Below are positions 12,766 through 27,940 of a DNA stretch of 64,000 bases, piece after piece. The stretch is taken from contig NC_042997.1 of assembly GCF_006345805.1 (NCBI RefSeq), forward strand, positions 35,774,001 to 35,838,000, given 5' to 3'. A program made the position numbers and the translations under genes. The stretch comes from Octopus sinensis (lineage: Eukaryota). The notes beneath the pieces are model-generated. The model did not search any database and was not told where the DNA came from. It saw only the letters and a list, made by a program, of their open reading frames with translations. Position 1 is the stretch's first letter. Each line of letters opens with the position of its first letter.

Positions 12766-14214
12766 AAAACAATTAATAGAAATGTGTTTTAAAAAGATGA
12801 ATAATGGATGGATGGGTGAGGCGGATCAGGGCTAAAACTGATTATTGAAAACGACTAATTAAAGCAAAATGCATATAAAAATATTCTGACCTAATCAAGC
12901 AGAACATGTTACAACTTTGTGGCTAATGAAATGAAGCCTTGATCTTTATCGATCGAAGCTCCAGGCAAAAAAGACTAGAGCCAGGAGAATGGTTTTCTGT
13001 TTTCTTTTTAACATTTTTCTTTTCTTACTGTTTACTCTGCCATGTTGTTTGCTTTAGGTATTTTTTCTTGCTGATATCAAATGTATTTTTTCATTGTATT
13101 TTTCTCTTCGATATCTATTTTTCAACTAACATGTTTTGTTGTGCTTGTATTCCGTTTTCATCATTATTCATCCGTTTACTTTGCAAGTATTATTTTAGCT
13201 GGCATGTGGGAATATTTATCGATAAAAATAATATTCTTCTATATATGTTAGTACAATATTTTAACAATAATAGTATTCCCTTCAACGCAGGCGTTCTTAT
13301 AAAATATGAAAATTACAATACGTATAAGAAAAGTCGAAAACAATCGGAGCGATGAACGATGCTATATCAATTAGCTGCCAACATCAAATAATGTTCAGAC
13401 AAAATTGTTAGGTGTAATAAATATTGGGTATCCAAAGTTATCTTAGGCACGTCATTGATTTTTAAATTCCTGAATGTTCCCTGAACCTACTTTTATGTTT
13501 AACCCTAAAAGCTGAAGTTAAAAATAAAATAATTAATAATAAGCATAAATCTTGCAGATGAAAATTAGAAATAATCATAAAAGACTATGAAGAATTTCTA
13601 TGATCTATGAATCTGTTAACGTAGGGAAAAATATGGATTTCCGTTTATATTTTTATCTTAATTTGGAATTCGGTGCCGGTCAAACCGACAATTCTCTGAA
13701 GAAAAAGATTACATAGAGAGGTGAATGTAAAAAAAAACAAAAAACAAAAAAAAAAACATTAGTTTGAGTTTCGCTCGCTCATGCATTCATAAGCATGCAA
13801 CCATACACATATATACATACGCACAAGTAGATATAGATAAACGCATGCATGTATACATACATACCTACATACATGCATACAGCGTAAGAGATTATATAAA
13901 TAAACAAACATCACAGGTATACTGAAATGTTTAATTTGTGCGAAATGTTTAATGGCTAGAAATATTTCGAAAACAAATTTTAGTAGGAAAGCTAAATATA
14001 ATAAAACAAAGTTAATACAAACAGTTATTTAAACAGTGCCAGGTTATATATAACATTAAATAGTTAATATATGATATATTTTCTGAACATCTTTCTCAAT
14101 ATCAGATATTCAATAAATTATACAGGTTACGAAAGCAGCAACACAATAGTGAAATTCGCATATAAAATTTATTCTCCATATAGAGCCTGACATATAGATC
14201 GGTTATATATTGCA

Positions 14215-14400
14215 ACAAGGTCATGCGGTATTTATCTTGATATGAGTTTACTCTGTCGAGCACATTGACTGTGTTGCATGTGCCCAGTGTACCCTTATCA
14301 GACAAGTAATCATGATGTGTATCCTGAGCTTCATATATTTTACCCCAGTGTCAATTTGATTGCACACATTGCTCTTCTACTCAATAATAATAATAATAAT
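14215..14400 (+). mobile_element. 5'-truncated copy of the ~555-bp (TAA)n-associated element
   Basis: CAAGGTCATG..TTTATCTTGATATGAG..CCCTTATCAGAC..TTTTACCCCAGTGTCA..CTC(AAT)6. Confidence 0.75.
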
Positions 14401-15522
14401 AGTTATAATGGTTATAATTTGCATTTCTATAGCTGTATTTATTTATTTATAGTAATCTAATGATAGTAATCTAATAGTAATTTGAAGTTAGTTGTCGCGT
14501 AGAAGAAAATATTAAATGAAACAGTATGAACAGAAACGAAGTGTCTGAAATCTGCTCATTAAAAATAAAAGAACAATATTCTTTTAATTCATTTCCATTA
14601 ACTTTGTAGTTATTTTTATGTTCTTAATCCTACTCACATGTCCAGCCTGCAAAAAAGATAAGGTATATAGTGAATACTTTCTTTATAATAACCAGTGGGT
14701 TACGGAGTTGCAACATGAAATGCTACGAAAATTTGAGCAAAACGAATTAGTGTATTGAAACTTGAAAACTGTTGCCTCATCTAGAGAAGATAATTAGTTA
14801 ACCTGAAACTCCCAGGGGACTATTATGCGATAATTACATACGTAGTTGACCTTCACGGGGCAAAATTCATTTAATTTAAGCAAGGCATTTATTCAGTTGT
14901 AGATCTCTATATTTAATTTGAAGTTAAATGGAAGTATAAGGAATATATATATTAGATACTGACATTTTCCATTACTGATCTAAAGCTATGAATGAAAAGG
15001 CCTTATGTTTATCTTGTGATAACCTTCAGAAATATTTTTATTAGTGATCACTCACTTTCGCATCCGAGGTTGAAGACAGGTGTCTTACTAAGAACATGGT
15101 TAATGTAAATATGACAGGGAATGTAAGAATTGCAATAAATATTAATCAACTGTGAGGAGTGACAATATACAAAGATTGGAATGTACGTCAAGGACGAAGC
15201 AATTACTTTTATATAAAACCGGGAAAAATCTTCCGTTATCAGGGTAATTTGCTAGGAAATACACTAATCTGTCTACTTCATTCTCACTCTCTTTGTGACT
15301 CGTGTTGTTTACGTATTTCATGTTACTTGCACCGTTGGTCACGCCCTGTACCCATATATTCCTGTATATGTATATACTTATTATATATATTATTTATTAT
15401 TTATTTAATTGAACACGATGCTTCCATTTCCAAGTAAGTTTATATACATACATATATATATACATACATATATATGTATACAGATATATATGTGTGTGTC
15501 TGCGTCTGTGTGTGTGTATGTG

Positions 15523-15654
15523 TTACTTACCCACCACATAGTTTCGGGTTCAATCCCACTGTGTGGCACCTTGAGCAAATAAGCGTCTTCTACTATAACA
15601 TCTGGCTGACCAAAGCCTTGTGAGAGAGACGGAAACTGAGAGAAGTCCGTTGAT

Positions 15655-15728
<74 letters not shown>

Positions 15729-15900
15729 TGCATGTGTGCTTGTTTGTTTCCCAACAATGCCTGACAGCCGATGGTGCGATTACGTCCCCGTAACAATAGC
15801 GATTCAGCAAAATAACCGACAGAATAAGTACTAGGCTCATAAAGATTGAGTCCTGCGTTGCTCCAGTCAAATGACTGAAACAAGTTCAAGAATAAAAGAA
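15523..15900 (+). mobile_element. SINE family A (diverged)
   Basis: GGTTCAATCCCACTGTGTGGCACCTTGAGCAA ... CAGTCAAATGACTGAAACAAG. Confidence 0.8.
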
Positions 15901-17583
15901 CATCTTTATGTATGTGTGTCTATGTCCGTACTTGTGTCACACCACCATTTCATAAACGGTGTGGGTTTGATTATATTTTCGATATACAGCGGGTCGGCAA
16001 AAGATACTACAGAATAAGTATTAGATTTGAAGAAATATGAACTATGGTACCTATTCCTTGAATTAAAATTATTCAACAGGTTGTGCCTGTATAGCTGCAG
16101 ACTCGTGACTGTAAATCCAAATTGAAATATAAAAGATTACTTATGCGAAAATGACATATATTCCCGATAAATTGGAACGGCCACATTCACACGTACTTAT
16201 AGAAATACCTAAACATGTTTATATTCGCACGTTAATTCAAGTCCACACATTCCCACAAAATAACTTTTACTTTCTTCATCGATAAGCATATGAAATATAT
16301 CTTACGCTGTTAGAGACCGGCTTGAATTATTCAAAGAATTCAAACATCGATAAAAACATTCATTTATCCATTCTCGATGTTTGAAATGCGAATTAAGTAT
16401 TAATTTTATTGCTACTATGATCATAATATCTTAATATTCAATCGAATATATTTGATTAAATGACTTTATTTTGCTAATAGTTTCTTTTGTTTCTGATGAT
16501 TCGAAAGTTTGTGTTGATATTCATTATAACTAATGAGTAATTATTTAATTAATTATTGTTTTTCGTAATTAACACCTGAATTTGAAATTTAAAAATACTA
16601 TCACTATACATTTCCATTTTCTTTTATTTTGGCTATTTTTTCTACCCTCAAAGTGCTACTCGGTAATAAATTGAATAATCATTCTTGCAGACAACAAAAT
16701 ATCTGTTAATTATGCTAGTAATGAGAGTTTATTAGGTGAGAAAACTAATTAATATGTTAGCTCACTTATACCATCTGCAATATGTAAAATAAAAAATATC
16801 TAAATAAGATTTGTTTCTCGAAGCTGAACATTAATTTGAAAGTTCAGTATATAGAGGTAAATTGAATGTATCTTGCCAAATGCCTCCAACTGAACAATAA
16901 AAAATACATGAGGAAAACTGCGATTATTATTAGTAAGCAAATTCCCAGGAAGACGAATAAATAAAAATCAATAATTTTGTTTAAATAAATACATTTCTAT
17001 TTTAGTAAATAAAAGTAAATAGGGTATGTAGCATGAAGATTAAATATCATTAATTACAGATAAAATATAAATTGTGGCTAAATAGTAGTAATGAAGTAAA
17101 TGATAAATATACTCACAGTAGAATTAGGCGTCCTACATCATTTTTAAATCACGCCATGTAATAGAAGTTAGTTAATATCTAAGAATATTACTAGCTAGGG
17201 TGGGAATCTGGACACAAAATACACCTGATAATGAAGTAATGCTGGCTTTTTTCTATTCTTTCCCGAAAGATATCGAGAGGTTGATCCCTTCATTCTAAGT
17301 ATGTTCAATCATGTGACCCGTACCTCAACAAAACATGGCTGTCATGCGTATATTTATTCGCATGCACTAGACATACTGCCTTCAACTACATCCACAACCA
17401 CACATGCAAACACACGCACGCACACACACACACAATGACAACAACAACAACAACAACAAGAGGCACACAAACACACGTGCATGCATGCACACGAACACAC
17501 TTTCTTTCTCTCTCTCTTTCTTTCACTTAGATATATATATATACATATATGTGTAAATATAGATAATTTTCCATCTATCTGTC

Positions 17584-17648
<65 letters not shown>

Positions 17649-17683
17649 GTATATATACATATTATGTATGTATATATATACAC

Positions 17684-17737
<54 letters not shown>

Positions 17738-17824
17738 GTTTGTGCGCTTGTGTGTGCCACGCGTGTGTGTGTGTGTTTGTGTGCGTGAGTGTGTGAGTGC
17801 GTGGATATGTATGTATATGTATCA

Positions 17825-18590
17825 CTCTATGGACCAGGCCATAAGATATTATACATTACTGGTCACAATGCCATTCAAAGTCTTTCTTCATTGCGCTTTT
17901 CTTTTCCATCTTGTTCCTAATCACTTAATTAAATCGCATCCCCATCGTTGTCGCGAACTTCAAGTGGCTTTTTTCGATCTCTCTAGGACATCACGGGTAA
18001 ATCAACGGGTCATTCTGTTGTCAATGACCTTTCTGAAATGTCCCTGCAAGCGGAAATTGTGTCATCGACATTCTGCCATGATATCGTACACCTCGCTCCG
18101 TTCTCGAATTATCTCCTTTTGTGTATGCGCACTTGATGATATTCTATGCATAGTTGTTTCCACACTGTTTTGTGCTGCAGCCAATCAAATTTTCCAGCTT
18201 CTGTGTAGCTCACGTCACACTTGCAAAATTGGTCACATTTGGACAGTGTCTTTGAAGACACTAACACGTATGTGTTTCTCTATCTTAGCTTTGACCACAT
18301 TCTTTATTGAAATAAACGCTTTTCACACAAACCTTATTCTTCTCGTGAGTTCAGGATCCTTGTCTTGGAATGCATTAACGGTGTGCCCTAAGCCTATATA
18401 TTCCTTTAACTCCCCTCTTCCATTGCTTCTCACCTGTATTTGATGACAGTGTGCTATATTTCCGGACGATATGTACAGTGAATTCTTGCTGTTCACTTTA
18501 AGCTCTAATATTGAGTTATGTCTGTTTAGCTCTGCCAGCATGGTTTGGAAATATATATAGTATAATGTCATTGTTAAACGATGATGTGTT
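17825..18590 (-). mobile_element. RTE-clade LINE 3' fragment, decayed
   Basis: Minus strand reads LKEYIGLG..ELTRRIRF*KAF..IIRERSEVYDIM..LQGHFRKVIDNRMT..RWGCDLIK*LGTRWKRKAQ, matching the RTE C-terminal pattern (YLG / EI.RR / WAGH..R..D.RW / W.R.AQ). Confidence 0.75.
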
Positions 18591-19328
18591 AAAGTCTCCC
18601 ATAACTGTAATTACTTTGAACTGTCACTTGATATACTGACGTTATCTTAATATTCAGAAATTTCTAAAAAACATTTCTCACTTTCCAAACACACTCATCC
18701 GGAATTGTCAGCGGGCCCCCTTTTTTGCGCTGTAAAATCTAATATAATATATCAGCATCATTAAGGACAGATGTCAGAAGACGAAACTTCTTGCAAGCTT
18801 CCTACACAAATCGCTTAGATGCATTCTACAACCGTATATTTCTTCGTTTCTGTAATTTTAGTTTCGTTCTAATAAGAAAGAACAACTGGTATTTATTTCA
18901 TAGCGCTAAACTAAATTTATTGACGTGTGCTTCAATGTGTCCTATTCTCTGTGCATTGAGTTTCGTTATTCTTTATGAACTAAAGTTAATCTATTGTCAA
19001 GCTCTGAATACATATATTTGCAGTAAATACTTGATACGCTATTAGTTGAGCATTGCAAGGAAAGGTAATTTCCAAGGAATTTATGTAAATAACCGCTTAG
19101 CGGGATATTTTCTTTAGCTTTTAGTCGACATTACTTTCTTTATCTTATTGCTACATCAACAACCTTCACGGCTAATTCAGCTTTTGCAGCACTCGTGCAC
19201 ACACATCTACACATCTACACATTTACAGGCTCTCACACGCATATATACATATATGTGTGTGCAGTTGTTGTTGTTGTAGATACATTTATGTGCGTTTGTG
19301 TATGCATGTGTACGCGTGTGTGTAAATA

Positions 19329-19365
<37 letters not shown>

Positions 19366-20246
19366 TTATACATATACAATTTCATATAAGATTCTTTGGA
19401 AACAAATCTTACATATGGTTTTGCTGCTATTTAGAATTAATATTATTTCGATCTGTTTGATTTTATGAACAAACAGAAAACAAATCTGTAGGGAATGGAA
19501 ATCCGCATTGCGAGTTATATAGAAATAAATTAACAACAACATCAGGTTCAAGGAAAATGAAATGATGATCTACATATTGTAAAGTACAACAGATTGCATT
19601 TGTCATTTATAAAGGGAAAATTTATAATCTTCGTTTTGTAGTAGTTTATATTCAGACGTCAATAAGCAGCGCCTCTCGAATTAAATTTTCATTTATTTTC
19701 GTTATTTGTTCCCTTTCACTGAAACATATTTTTCTTCCTATAAACCCCAAGTAAGAAATATTTCGAAGTAATAAAAATCAATTACTGTTTCTGAGAACCA
19801 ATCGATTTAATGAACAGCTGTTAATCTAATCTTCTTGACCAAAATTGTTCCAGATGAATACCTATTCAATTAATTTTCTATCAGTCAATTTAGTAAAGAA
19901 TAACCAAGCAAATGTTGAAGAAAAAATTAAATCGAGGAAAAATGTACTGTATTTACTTTCTTTTCGTTTTCAAGTGGAAATAAATATATCTTTAAATTCC
20001 ATAAGCTCGTGTTGCTATTCTTGGTATTTACAATTGAAATGGAAAGTAAAAAAAGACGATTGGAACTATTAATATGAAGAATTCTTGGTGCTAACTGATG
20101 TAGCGATATATTCAGTGAATTAAAATGTGATATTTATTGATTTATCAGAAAACACGTTTATCATGTATTCCAATACGTATGTGTATTCACAAGCCGTATA
20201 TACATGTATACGTGTGCTTATATGTATAAATTAATATATATGCATG

Positions 20247-20308
<62 letters not shown>

Positions 20309-20337
20309 CGTACATATATACACATATATATACACAT

Positions 20338-20385
<48 letters not shown>

Positions 20386-21471
20386 ATATACACATACGTA
20401 CATATATACACATACACAGGTATATATGTGTGCGTGTGTATATGTATCGTTTGTATGCATGTATGTATGTTTATATGTATGGGTGTATGAATGCATGTAT
20501 GTAAAAGGACGTACAGTATATAATATGCATGGTAAGAACGCAAGGGTCAAAATGTGCGGTATGAAATTTCCTTCGAAAATATTCGATCTCGGTTCAATTC
20601 ATGTAGGTGCCATCTTAATTAACTACTATTAAGTTATTATCCATAAACTTAGCTTTGTCTCTCATTTTATACTTATGATTAATGTTTATTAGATAGAAAC
20701 TGTGTAAAAGCCCGTTGGTGGTCGGGGACCTTTGCTAGCATGTACTAAGATCAAACCTCCAGTCCGAAGATAAAATCGTTCTACTGACCTCTCAGTGTTA
20801 TCTTGAATGTCTAATTACAGTTCACTCTGAGTAAGACATTAAATAAGCACAAGTATATTAAACTTAACTTTCAATTGTTCTATGTGTTTATATAGCGCAG
20901 TATGTGGGTGTTTCTATAGATGTGAGTGTGTATATTCGTATATAACAATTTTCAAACCGAAATTATGTCGTACCATATCGGATAATCATCACTATCATGT
21001 ATATAGCAGCCAACTTTACCACAATAAACATGTTATACTTTCTGCTGCTGATGATTCTATACGGCATTATATATTATATTTTCTCGTGAGATTTAATGTA
21101 ATCATTAGCGTTATTAATAGAATCTATCCTATTAGTGTTTAAAACAAATTATGGTGACTCCTTATTTTGAATGCCCGTCATACTCTTCACTAACTTATAT
21201 TTGTTTATAATTTCACAAACATAATCCTCCCGACTCCATGTTAAAACTTCTTCAGAAACACTTTAAGATCATTCAGTAATACGTATATGACATAGAAAAC
21301 ATTCAGCATCTTCCAAATGAATGTGCATTACATAGAGGTATGAAAATTATAGATATTTATTTATTCTGATACCAGTACCCTGAGGTTATACATGGCTTTA
21401 TAAAAATTATCGTATTAACATACAAATGGATGAATAAAATATGTGATACATGAAGGACAGAGAAGAAAGAT

Positions 21472-21613
21472 ATTCTTTTCTACTCTATGCACAAGGCTCG
21501 AAATTTTTTGGAAAGGAATCAATCGATTAGATCAACCCCAGTACACAATGGATGAAAGGCAAACTCGACCTCGGCGGAATTTGAACTCAGAATGTAGCGG
21601 CAGACGAAATACC
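21472..21613 (-). mobile_element. Partial SINE family B copy in tandem with 21614-21845
   Basis: Repeats GGATGAAAGGCAAA.TCGACCTCGGCGGAATTTGAACTCAGAA..GGCAGACGAAATAC. Confidence 0.75.
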
Positions 21614-21845
21614 TATTTCTTTACTACCCACAAGGGGCTAAACACAGAGAGGAAAAACAAGGACAGACAAACGGATTAAGTCGATTACATCGACCCCAGT
21701 GCGTAACTGGTACTTCTTTAATCGACTCCGAAAGGATGAAAGGCAAAGTCGACCGCGGCGGAATTTGAACTCAGAACGTAAAGGCAGACGAAATACCGCT
21801 AAGCATTTCGCCCGGCGTGCTAACGTTTCTGCCAGCTTACCGCCT
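21614..21845 (-). mobile_element. tRNA-derived SINE family B (~230 bp, Meta-domain-like)
   Basis: Minus strand has A box TGGCAGAAACG, B box GAGTTCAAATTCC and GTCGACTTTGCCTTTCATCCTTTCGG, which resembles the MetaSINE central domain. Confidence 0.85.
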
Positions 21846-23499
21846 TGGAGAGGAGAAAAATATTGTTTCCTCACATGCAATATATATTAGCTTGGTATGT
21901 TACTTAATTTAATTTCTGTGGAATTGTCACTGTGGTCTAGAATGCTTATGAATTTGGTATAAACAGGTCGATGCAATTAGAATACACATATATATTTGTG
22001 CTGAACCGTCTGGTATTAACTTATGCCGATTTTTCGATTACCAAAATATAAGTTATGGATTTAGCTAAATATGCTTCTAATAGTTGGGATTTAAATTTAA
22101 TTAAATATTCATATATTTATATTTTATTTACTTTAGGAAAATAGATCAGTATTAAATGTCACAATATATTTCCTTTAAATAAAGCTACTATTGTTTAATA
22201 AAGTAAACAAATGAATATAAATATGTTATCTCTTATGCGAAACTTATTATATGAGTATATGCCACAGTAAATTAAGTCACAATGATTCATAAGTATTGTT
22301 TAACATTGACTTTTTAACAAATTAATAAATTCGATTAAGCAAAATAATTCATTTACTCAAGTGAATATATATTTATATAAATCATACAGTTTTGCGTATT
22401 GGGTCTTTTGAGATTTCTTTTAATACGTATATTTATAACGAAGCTGTTTGATATTTTAAGTAATATAATTCAGGCGAATTAAATCATTTCACGTTAAAGT
22501 CGTAAATTTTAAATGAAATATTGATATCGGGGTGGCCATATATATCATATGTACAAATATATACACATACTCACACACGCTTAAGTATACCATTATTTTT
22601 GTGTGTATATATATTTAGAAACATATATATGTATGTGTACACGTACGCACACGCACACGTAGCAGAGTACAGTATAAATCTTGTCCACCTTCAGATTTCA
22701 CCCTGTTCTATTCACTACTAGTATCGAACGTATTTTCAGATTTGCGTTTGGGTTTCTCTAGTGTTAGAGACAACAAAAAGGAGTACGGTTGGACATTTAT
22801 TTCTATCTCTACAATTGTTTCTACGCAACGTATTTCTCCAGGTGTGTAGGTGTTACGTGATGTAACCGTTTCCCTCCATTATAAGATCTAGTTGTGTTTC
22901 CTCAGGCGATGTATAAATATTGTCTTCGTAAATTCAAATTCTTATCTTCAAGAACATCCTATTTGTCTGTCTTGGCCTGGGATTAGTAGCAGCCACTGAG
23001 TGTATCAAGAGAAGTGCCGTGTGTGAAGATTCGCTTTCAATGTGTTGATTGAGTGGGATGCTGGTTTGCTACTGTTAAATTGATATCCATTTCAAAGGGA
23101 TCGGCATTTGATTTCTTTGGACTGCTCATTTTTCCTTCATAGTTGGTTACAATTGCGATTGCCCTTGTAAATCCTTGACGTGGGCATATAGAGTGAGATA
23201 GACAGATATCAACGTCTGCCTTTCTCAATTTAATATGCCTAGGTGGGCCATTTATATACTAACTACCGACTCAATTCATTACTTTAACATGAACGCATCA
23301 AAATGGTGCCTGGATTTACGTGGAGTTTACCTAAGGATCTATACTTTCATGGAATTACAGACCACCCTTCATACTTCCTGGAAAAAAATAAACTGTGAAT
23401 GTTATTCCCCTGTCTTATTCTACTTTTATTCTTTATTCTTCTATTTTATTCCTTATAAACTGAATTTTCCTGTCTAGAACTTTCATACATACTGAACTT

Positions 23500-23575
23500 G
23501 TCTCTGATGACAGGATACCCTGTGAACGAACATGCTAGCGTATCACATGGGATAAGCCAGAGACAGCTGCAAGAC
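23500..23575 (+). ncRNA. Degenerate hammerhead motif, same family as 668-712
   Basis: GTCT-CTGATGA-long stem II-GAGA-CAGCTG-CA-AGAC. CUGAUGA and stem I intact; GAAA and GUA mutated. Confidence 0.5.
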
Positions 23576-23681
23576 TTCAAATGCACCTAACTCTAATTAA
23601 ATTATTCTAAATGACTTGAGATACTCGTCCTGCTTTGGTTTTTGCTGCCCTTTTTCCTCTAATATAATATATAGATTTACA

Positions 23682-23727
<46 letters not shown>

Positions 23728-24664
23728 TATATATATGTATATAAAATGCGGAAGGCCTAAGTGTTGCATATATGTCAACCTAACTGAAGGATCGGAATTC
23801 TCCTTCAGCGTTGATATTTTACTGTGACAAACAACTTCACATGTGCTTCGGAAAACCTAGTGTATGTATGAAATTGCTCAGGGTATCAAGAACAACATAT
23901 TAGTCAAACTAAAAATAATCTACGCTAGATGTTGACGTTACATACATCTCAGATTAAAATACGAGAATACACAAAAATAGGATTAAGAGAGCACATCGAT
24001 ATTTTCACCACCAACGAACAACCCAACATTAGAATGTTTTTCTCTCTATATATTCAGCGACAATGCAACCTTTAATCAGCGCATTAACAAGGAAAGATAT
24101 TTTATAGCAAAATATAAGCCTATTTTAAATGCTGCCACCACCACAGAAGAAACTACTATAAAGAATTTAGAACAATTTAAAACACGACTGCTACGACCAC
24201 AACACGTCACATTTAGGTCATTTGACCATTAAAGAAGATTCCACAAACAATTTATTGTATCACAGCACACCTGGCTTTTCGTTTATGTTCTATTCTTCCT
24301 CCTTCTCCCTTTTCTTTCTCTACTCCTACTTCTCTACCACAGTCATCTTCTCCTCCCCTTCTTGTTTCTTCTTCTTCCTCTTCATCTGTTTCTTTTCTTC
24401 TCTTTCTTCTTCTCCTCTTTCGGCTACTCTTCCTTAAATCATGAATTCACTGTAACCAAACTTTTCCTTTAGATTTATTACTAACCACCTACGTGGCAAT
24501 CACAAAAGAATAGAGGAAGAGAGAGAGAGAGAGAGAAACAGTGAGACAGACATACTATCTGAAGACTATGGAAATATTTACCTATTTAAAGACTTTGGAA
24601 ATATCTACAACACATTTTACTTGATATTTTTCCTCCACTTTAATTGTTTTTTCTTATGTTACTC

Positions 24665-24702
24665 TTAGTTGAAAGAGTCTAAAAGTCGGAAACCGGTACT
24701 AA
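24665..24702 (+). ncRNA. Degenerate minimal hammerhead motif
   Basis: TTAG-TTGAAAGA-GTCT(AAA)AGTC-GGAAA-CCGG-TA-CTAA. Perfect stem I and palindromic stem III. Confidence 0.4.
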
Positions 24703-24758
24703 AATGTACTTCATGATTAAATTATTTTAGCATTTTCCACCATATGTTATTTTCATTA

Positions 24759-24814
<56 letters not shown>

Positions 24815-24974
24815 TTTTGAATACTGAATATCAATTGTATTTCAGATATATTTGACTATTTCATTTATCATAATTCAAACACTATATTTCACAACAGCTT
24901 CCATATTTCTATCGCAACAGAAATATGGAGCAAAAAAATAAATATGAAGAAAGAAAAAACTGTTTGAATGAATT

Positions 24975-25289
24975 TCTCTTTTTTCTCTATTACTTGTTTC
25001 AGTCAGCTGACTGCGGCCATGCTGGAGAACCGCCTTTTGTCGAGCAATTCGACCCCAGAACTTACACCAGCACCGGTTGTCAAGCAATTTTGGGGGGGGG
25101 ACAAAGACAGACACACAAATATATACACACACATGCATACATATATATATACACATATATACGACAGGCTTCCTTCCGTTTCCGTCTACAAAATCCACTC
25201 AAAAGTCTTTGGTCAGGCCGAGGCTATAGTAGCAGTTACTTGCCCAAAATGCCACGCAATCTACTTACCATACAGCCACTCCTGCGCCT
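24975..25289 (-). mobile_element. SINE family A with two internal deletions
   Basis: Head CAGCCACTCCTGCGCCT and tail TACTTGTTTCAGTCA are present; part of the body and the B-box segment are missing. Confidence 0.85.
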
Positions 25290-25322
25290 ATAATCATAAA
25301 GTATATACACTTATGTATATAA

Positions 25323-25361
<39 letters not shown>

Positions 25362-25966
25362 ATATATATTTATTATATATATATACATACATATGTAACA
25401 TACAACCATAAAAATATACATATACTCAAATTTATGCAAATATTCATACTCCCGTACACATATATCTGAGTACGTCTATATGACTGGTCAGTCATCAGAA
25501 TTGTATATAGAGCACACTACAAACACTCTCATGAGAAATATGCATAAACAGATATATATACGTATATCTTTGTACAACTTATGTAATTATGTACATCAAA
25601 TATGTACACGCACGTGTGTTTGAGCCTAGGAGCTAATAAATGCGTGTATAATGTGTACATTTCTGTGTGTGTTTACGCGCGCGTTAACATACATACAGGT
25701 GAGTATCCTTTGCCGATTTAAATCGCAAAATTGTGGAATTAAGTTTCGCTACACCAATAGATTTAAAATATATGTACAACACTGTCAATCACTAGTTGGC
25801 AAAATAAGAAAGCTGGCTCCTTTTCTATACGCACGATTCGTTCTTATATTATGCGTTACTGAATACAATATTTATGTATTAAACATCACATTTAACTATA
25901 ATTCAAAGTGCTTTTGTTAAAATTTTACTTCCTGTCTTAATGAAATATGTCAGTTTATATAAATAT

Positions 25967-26104
<138 letters not shown>

Positions 26105-26820
26105 AGTATGTTTGTATGCATGACTATATATATATATATATAATATATATATATATATATGCTGAGAACGTCTTTCTTGTATAAGCAAGTAAAATGATAG
26201 TAACATGTCGAAAACATGATAGATTTATTCAATTGTAATATGATGTATGCAGCAAGCAATTCTATTGAAAGTCGAATGCATTTTGAATACTGAATATCAA
26301 TTATACTTGACTGTTTCTTTTATTATAATTCAAACACTATATTTCTCAACAACCTCCATATTTATATCGCAACAGAAATATCATTTAATTGTATGGAGCA
26401 AAAAATAAACTTGAAGGAAGAAGAAACTGTTTCAAAGAATAATCATAAATTTTGAATATTATAAAATTGCAAGACCTAAAATATTTTACAAAATTTTGGT
26501 TTGTTTCAGTATTTAGCCAAAAAAAAAAAAAATGCTATCGTTGTTTTAAAATTTACATTCCCTTAATTTTCACTTGTGCCATATATTTTCAACTTGTCAT
26601 ATTTCACATTCGGTAAAGTAAATTTTGCGTCTTACAATGTTACATGTTCTATTTGTACAGTTGTAACTATTTTTGTATTTTGTTTATTAGAAAAAAGCTC
26701 ATCCCATTGTAACAGATGTAGGCAATTTTATGATATTTTGTTATATATATGATTATGTGCTTATGTACGCATACACATATACATATAGACACACACACGC
26801 ACACACTCACCCACACACAG

Positions 26821-27241
26821 AGGAGTGGCTGTGTGGTAAGTAGCTTGTTTACCAACCACATGGTTCCGGGTTCAGTCCCACTGCATGGCACCTTGGGCAA
26901 GTGTCTTCTACTATACCCTCGGGCCGACCAAAGCCTTCTGCGTGGATTTGGTAGATGGAAACTGAAAGAAGCCCGTCGTATATATGTATATATATATATA
27001 TATATAGATGTGTGTGCGTGTATGATTGTGTGTCTGTGTTTGTCCCCCCAAGCATTGCTTGACAACCGATGCTGGTGTGTTTATGTCCCCGCCACTTAGC
27101 GGTTCGGCAAAAGGGACCGATTGAATAAGTACTAGGCTTACAAAGAATAAGTCCCGGGGTAGAGTTGCTCGATTGAAGGCGGTACTCCAGGATGGTCGCA
27201 GTCAAATGACTGAAACAAGTAGAAGAGTAAAGGGTAAAAGA

Positions 27242-27243
<2 letters not shown>
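26821..27243 (+). mobile_element. tRNA-derived SINE, family A (~410 bp, internal TA/CA tract)
   Basis: Pol III A box (TGGCTGTGTGG) and B box (GGTTCAGTCCC), CORE-like CCTTGGGCAAGTG, (AAGAGTA)n-type tail. Many copies in the window. Confidence 0.9.
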
Positions 27244-27285
<42 letters not shown>

Positions 27286-27559
27286 CCTATTTTCTCTCTG
27301 TCGACATATGTGTGTGTTCGTATTCAGTAGTAAGCCCCAAAATTAGGGAAGGGGTCTATTGTTAACCTTGAAGAGAAGATATATTGGGTGGGTTGCGTGC
27401 CTCTCAACGCTAAAATACAATTTCTCCCCAAGTGTTTCTCCACTTTAGTGAGATTTAACTTTAGCAGTGACTCTGAGGAATCTAGCTGAGTGCAGTGCCG
27501 GGTGTTTCGGTGAGAGTAGACGTTTTGTCAGCTGATGAAGGAAACATTCGTAAGACAAC

Positions 27560-27940
27560 ACTGAGTATGGCATTTCAGTTTTCCGTTCATGTAATCGATG
27601 CAAATTTCTCGTCTGGTGTTTAGGTCCAGGAAAACGATGCTTGGCTACGCAGGTTAGGAAGGAATAAATGTTATATCGACTTTCAGACTGCGGATACTTT
27701 TTGAAGTAGTAGCAAGAAAGTTTTTTACGCACATGAAGAGGATATTGGAGAAAGGAAGATAAACAACGGTTATACATTCAATTGAGTGTAGGAGATAGCA
27801 AGGGCTGCACACTCATACGAGAGTAGATAGCACAAATGATGAAAGACAAATGGGCCCACTACGTAAGAAGCTGCGATTTGAGTTTCGCGTATCATATAAG
27901 ATCCAATGCTGCATTGATAAATAAATCACCTCGTTACTTT
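27560..27940 (-). pseudogene. Possible decayed Penelope-like RT fragment
   Basis: Minus strand has FIYQCSIGSYM..IAASYV (similar to Y.Q..G.AMG..APSYA) upstream of FLDL. Heavily degenerate. Confidence 0.3.

Noticed and set aside
12939-13355. 138-aa hydrophobic ORF
   Set aside because: T-rich low-complexity sequence with a non-ATG start and no motifs.
17481-18443. 320-aa plus-strand ORF
   Set aside because: The first third is microsatellite translation and the rest is the antisense of a decayed RTE LINE.
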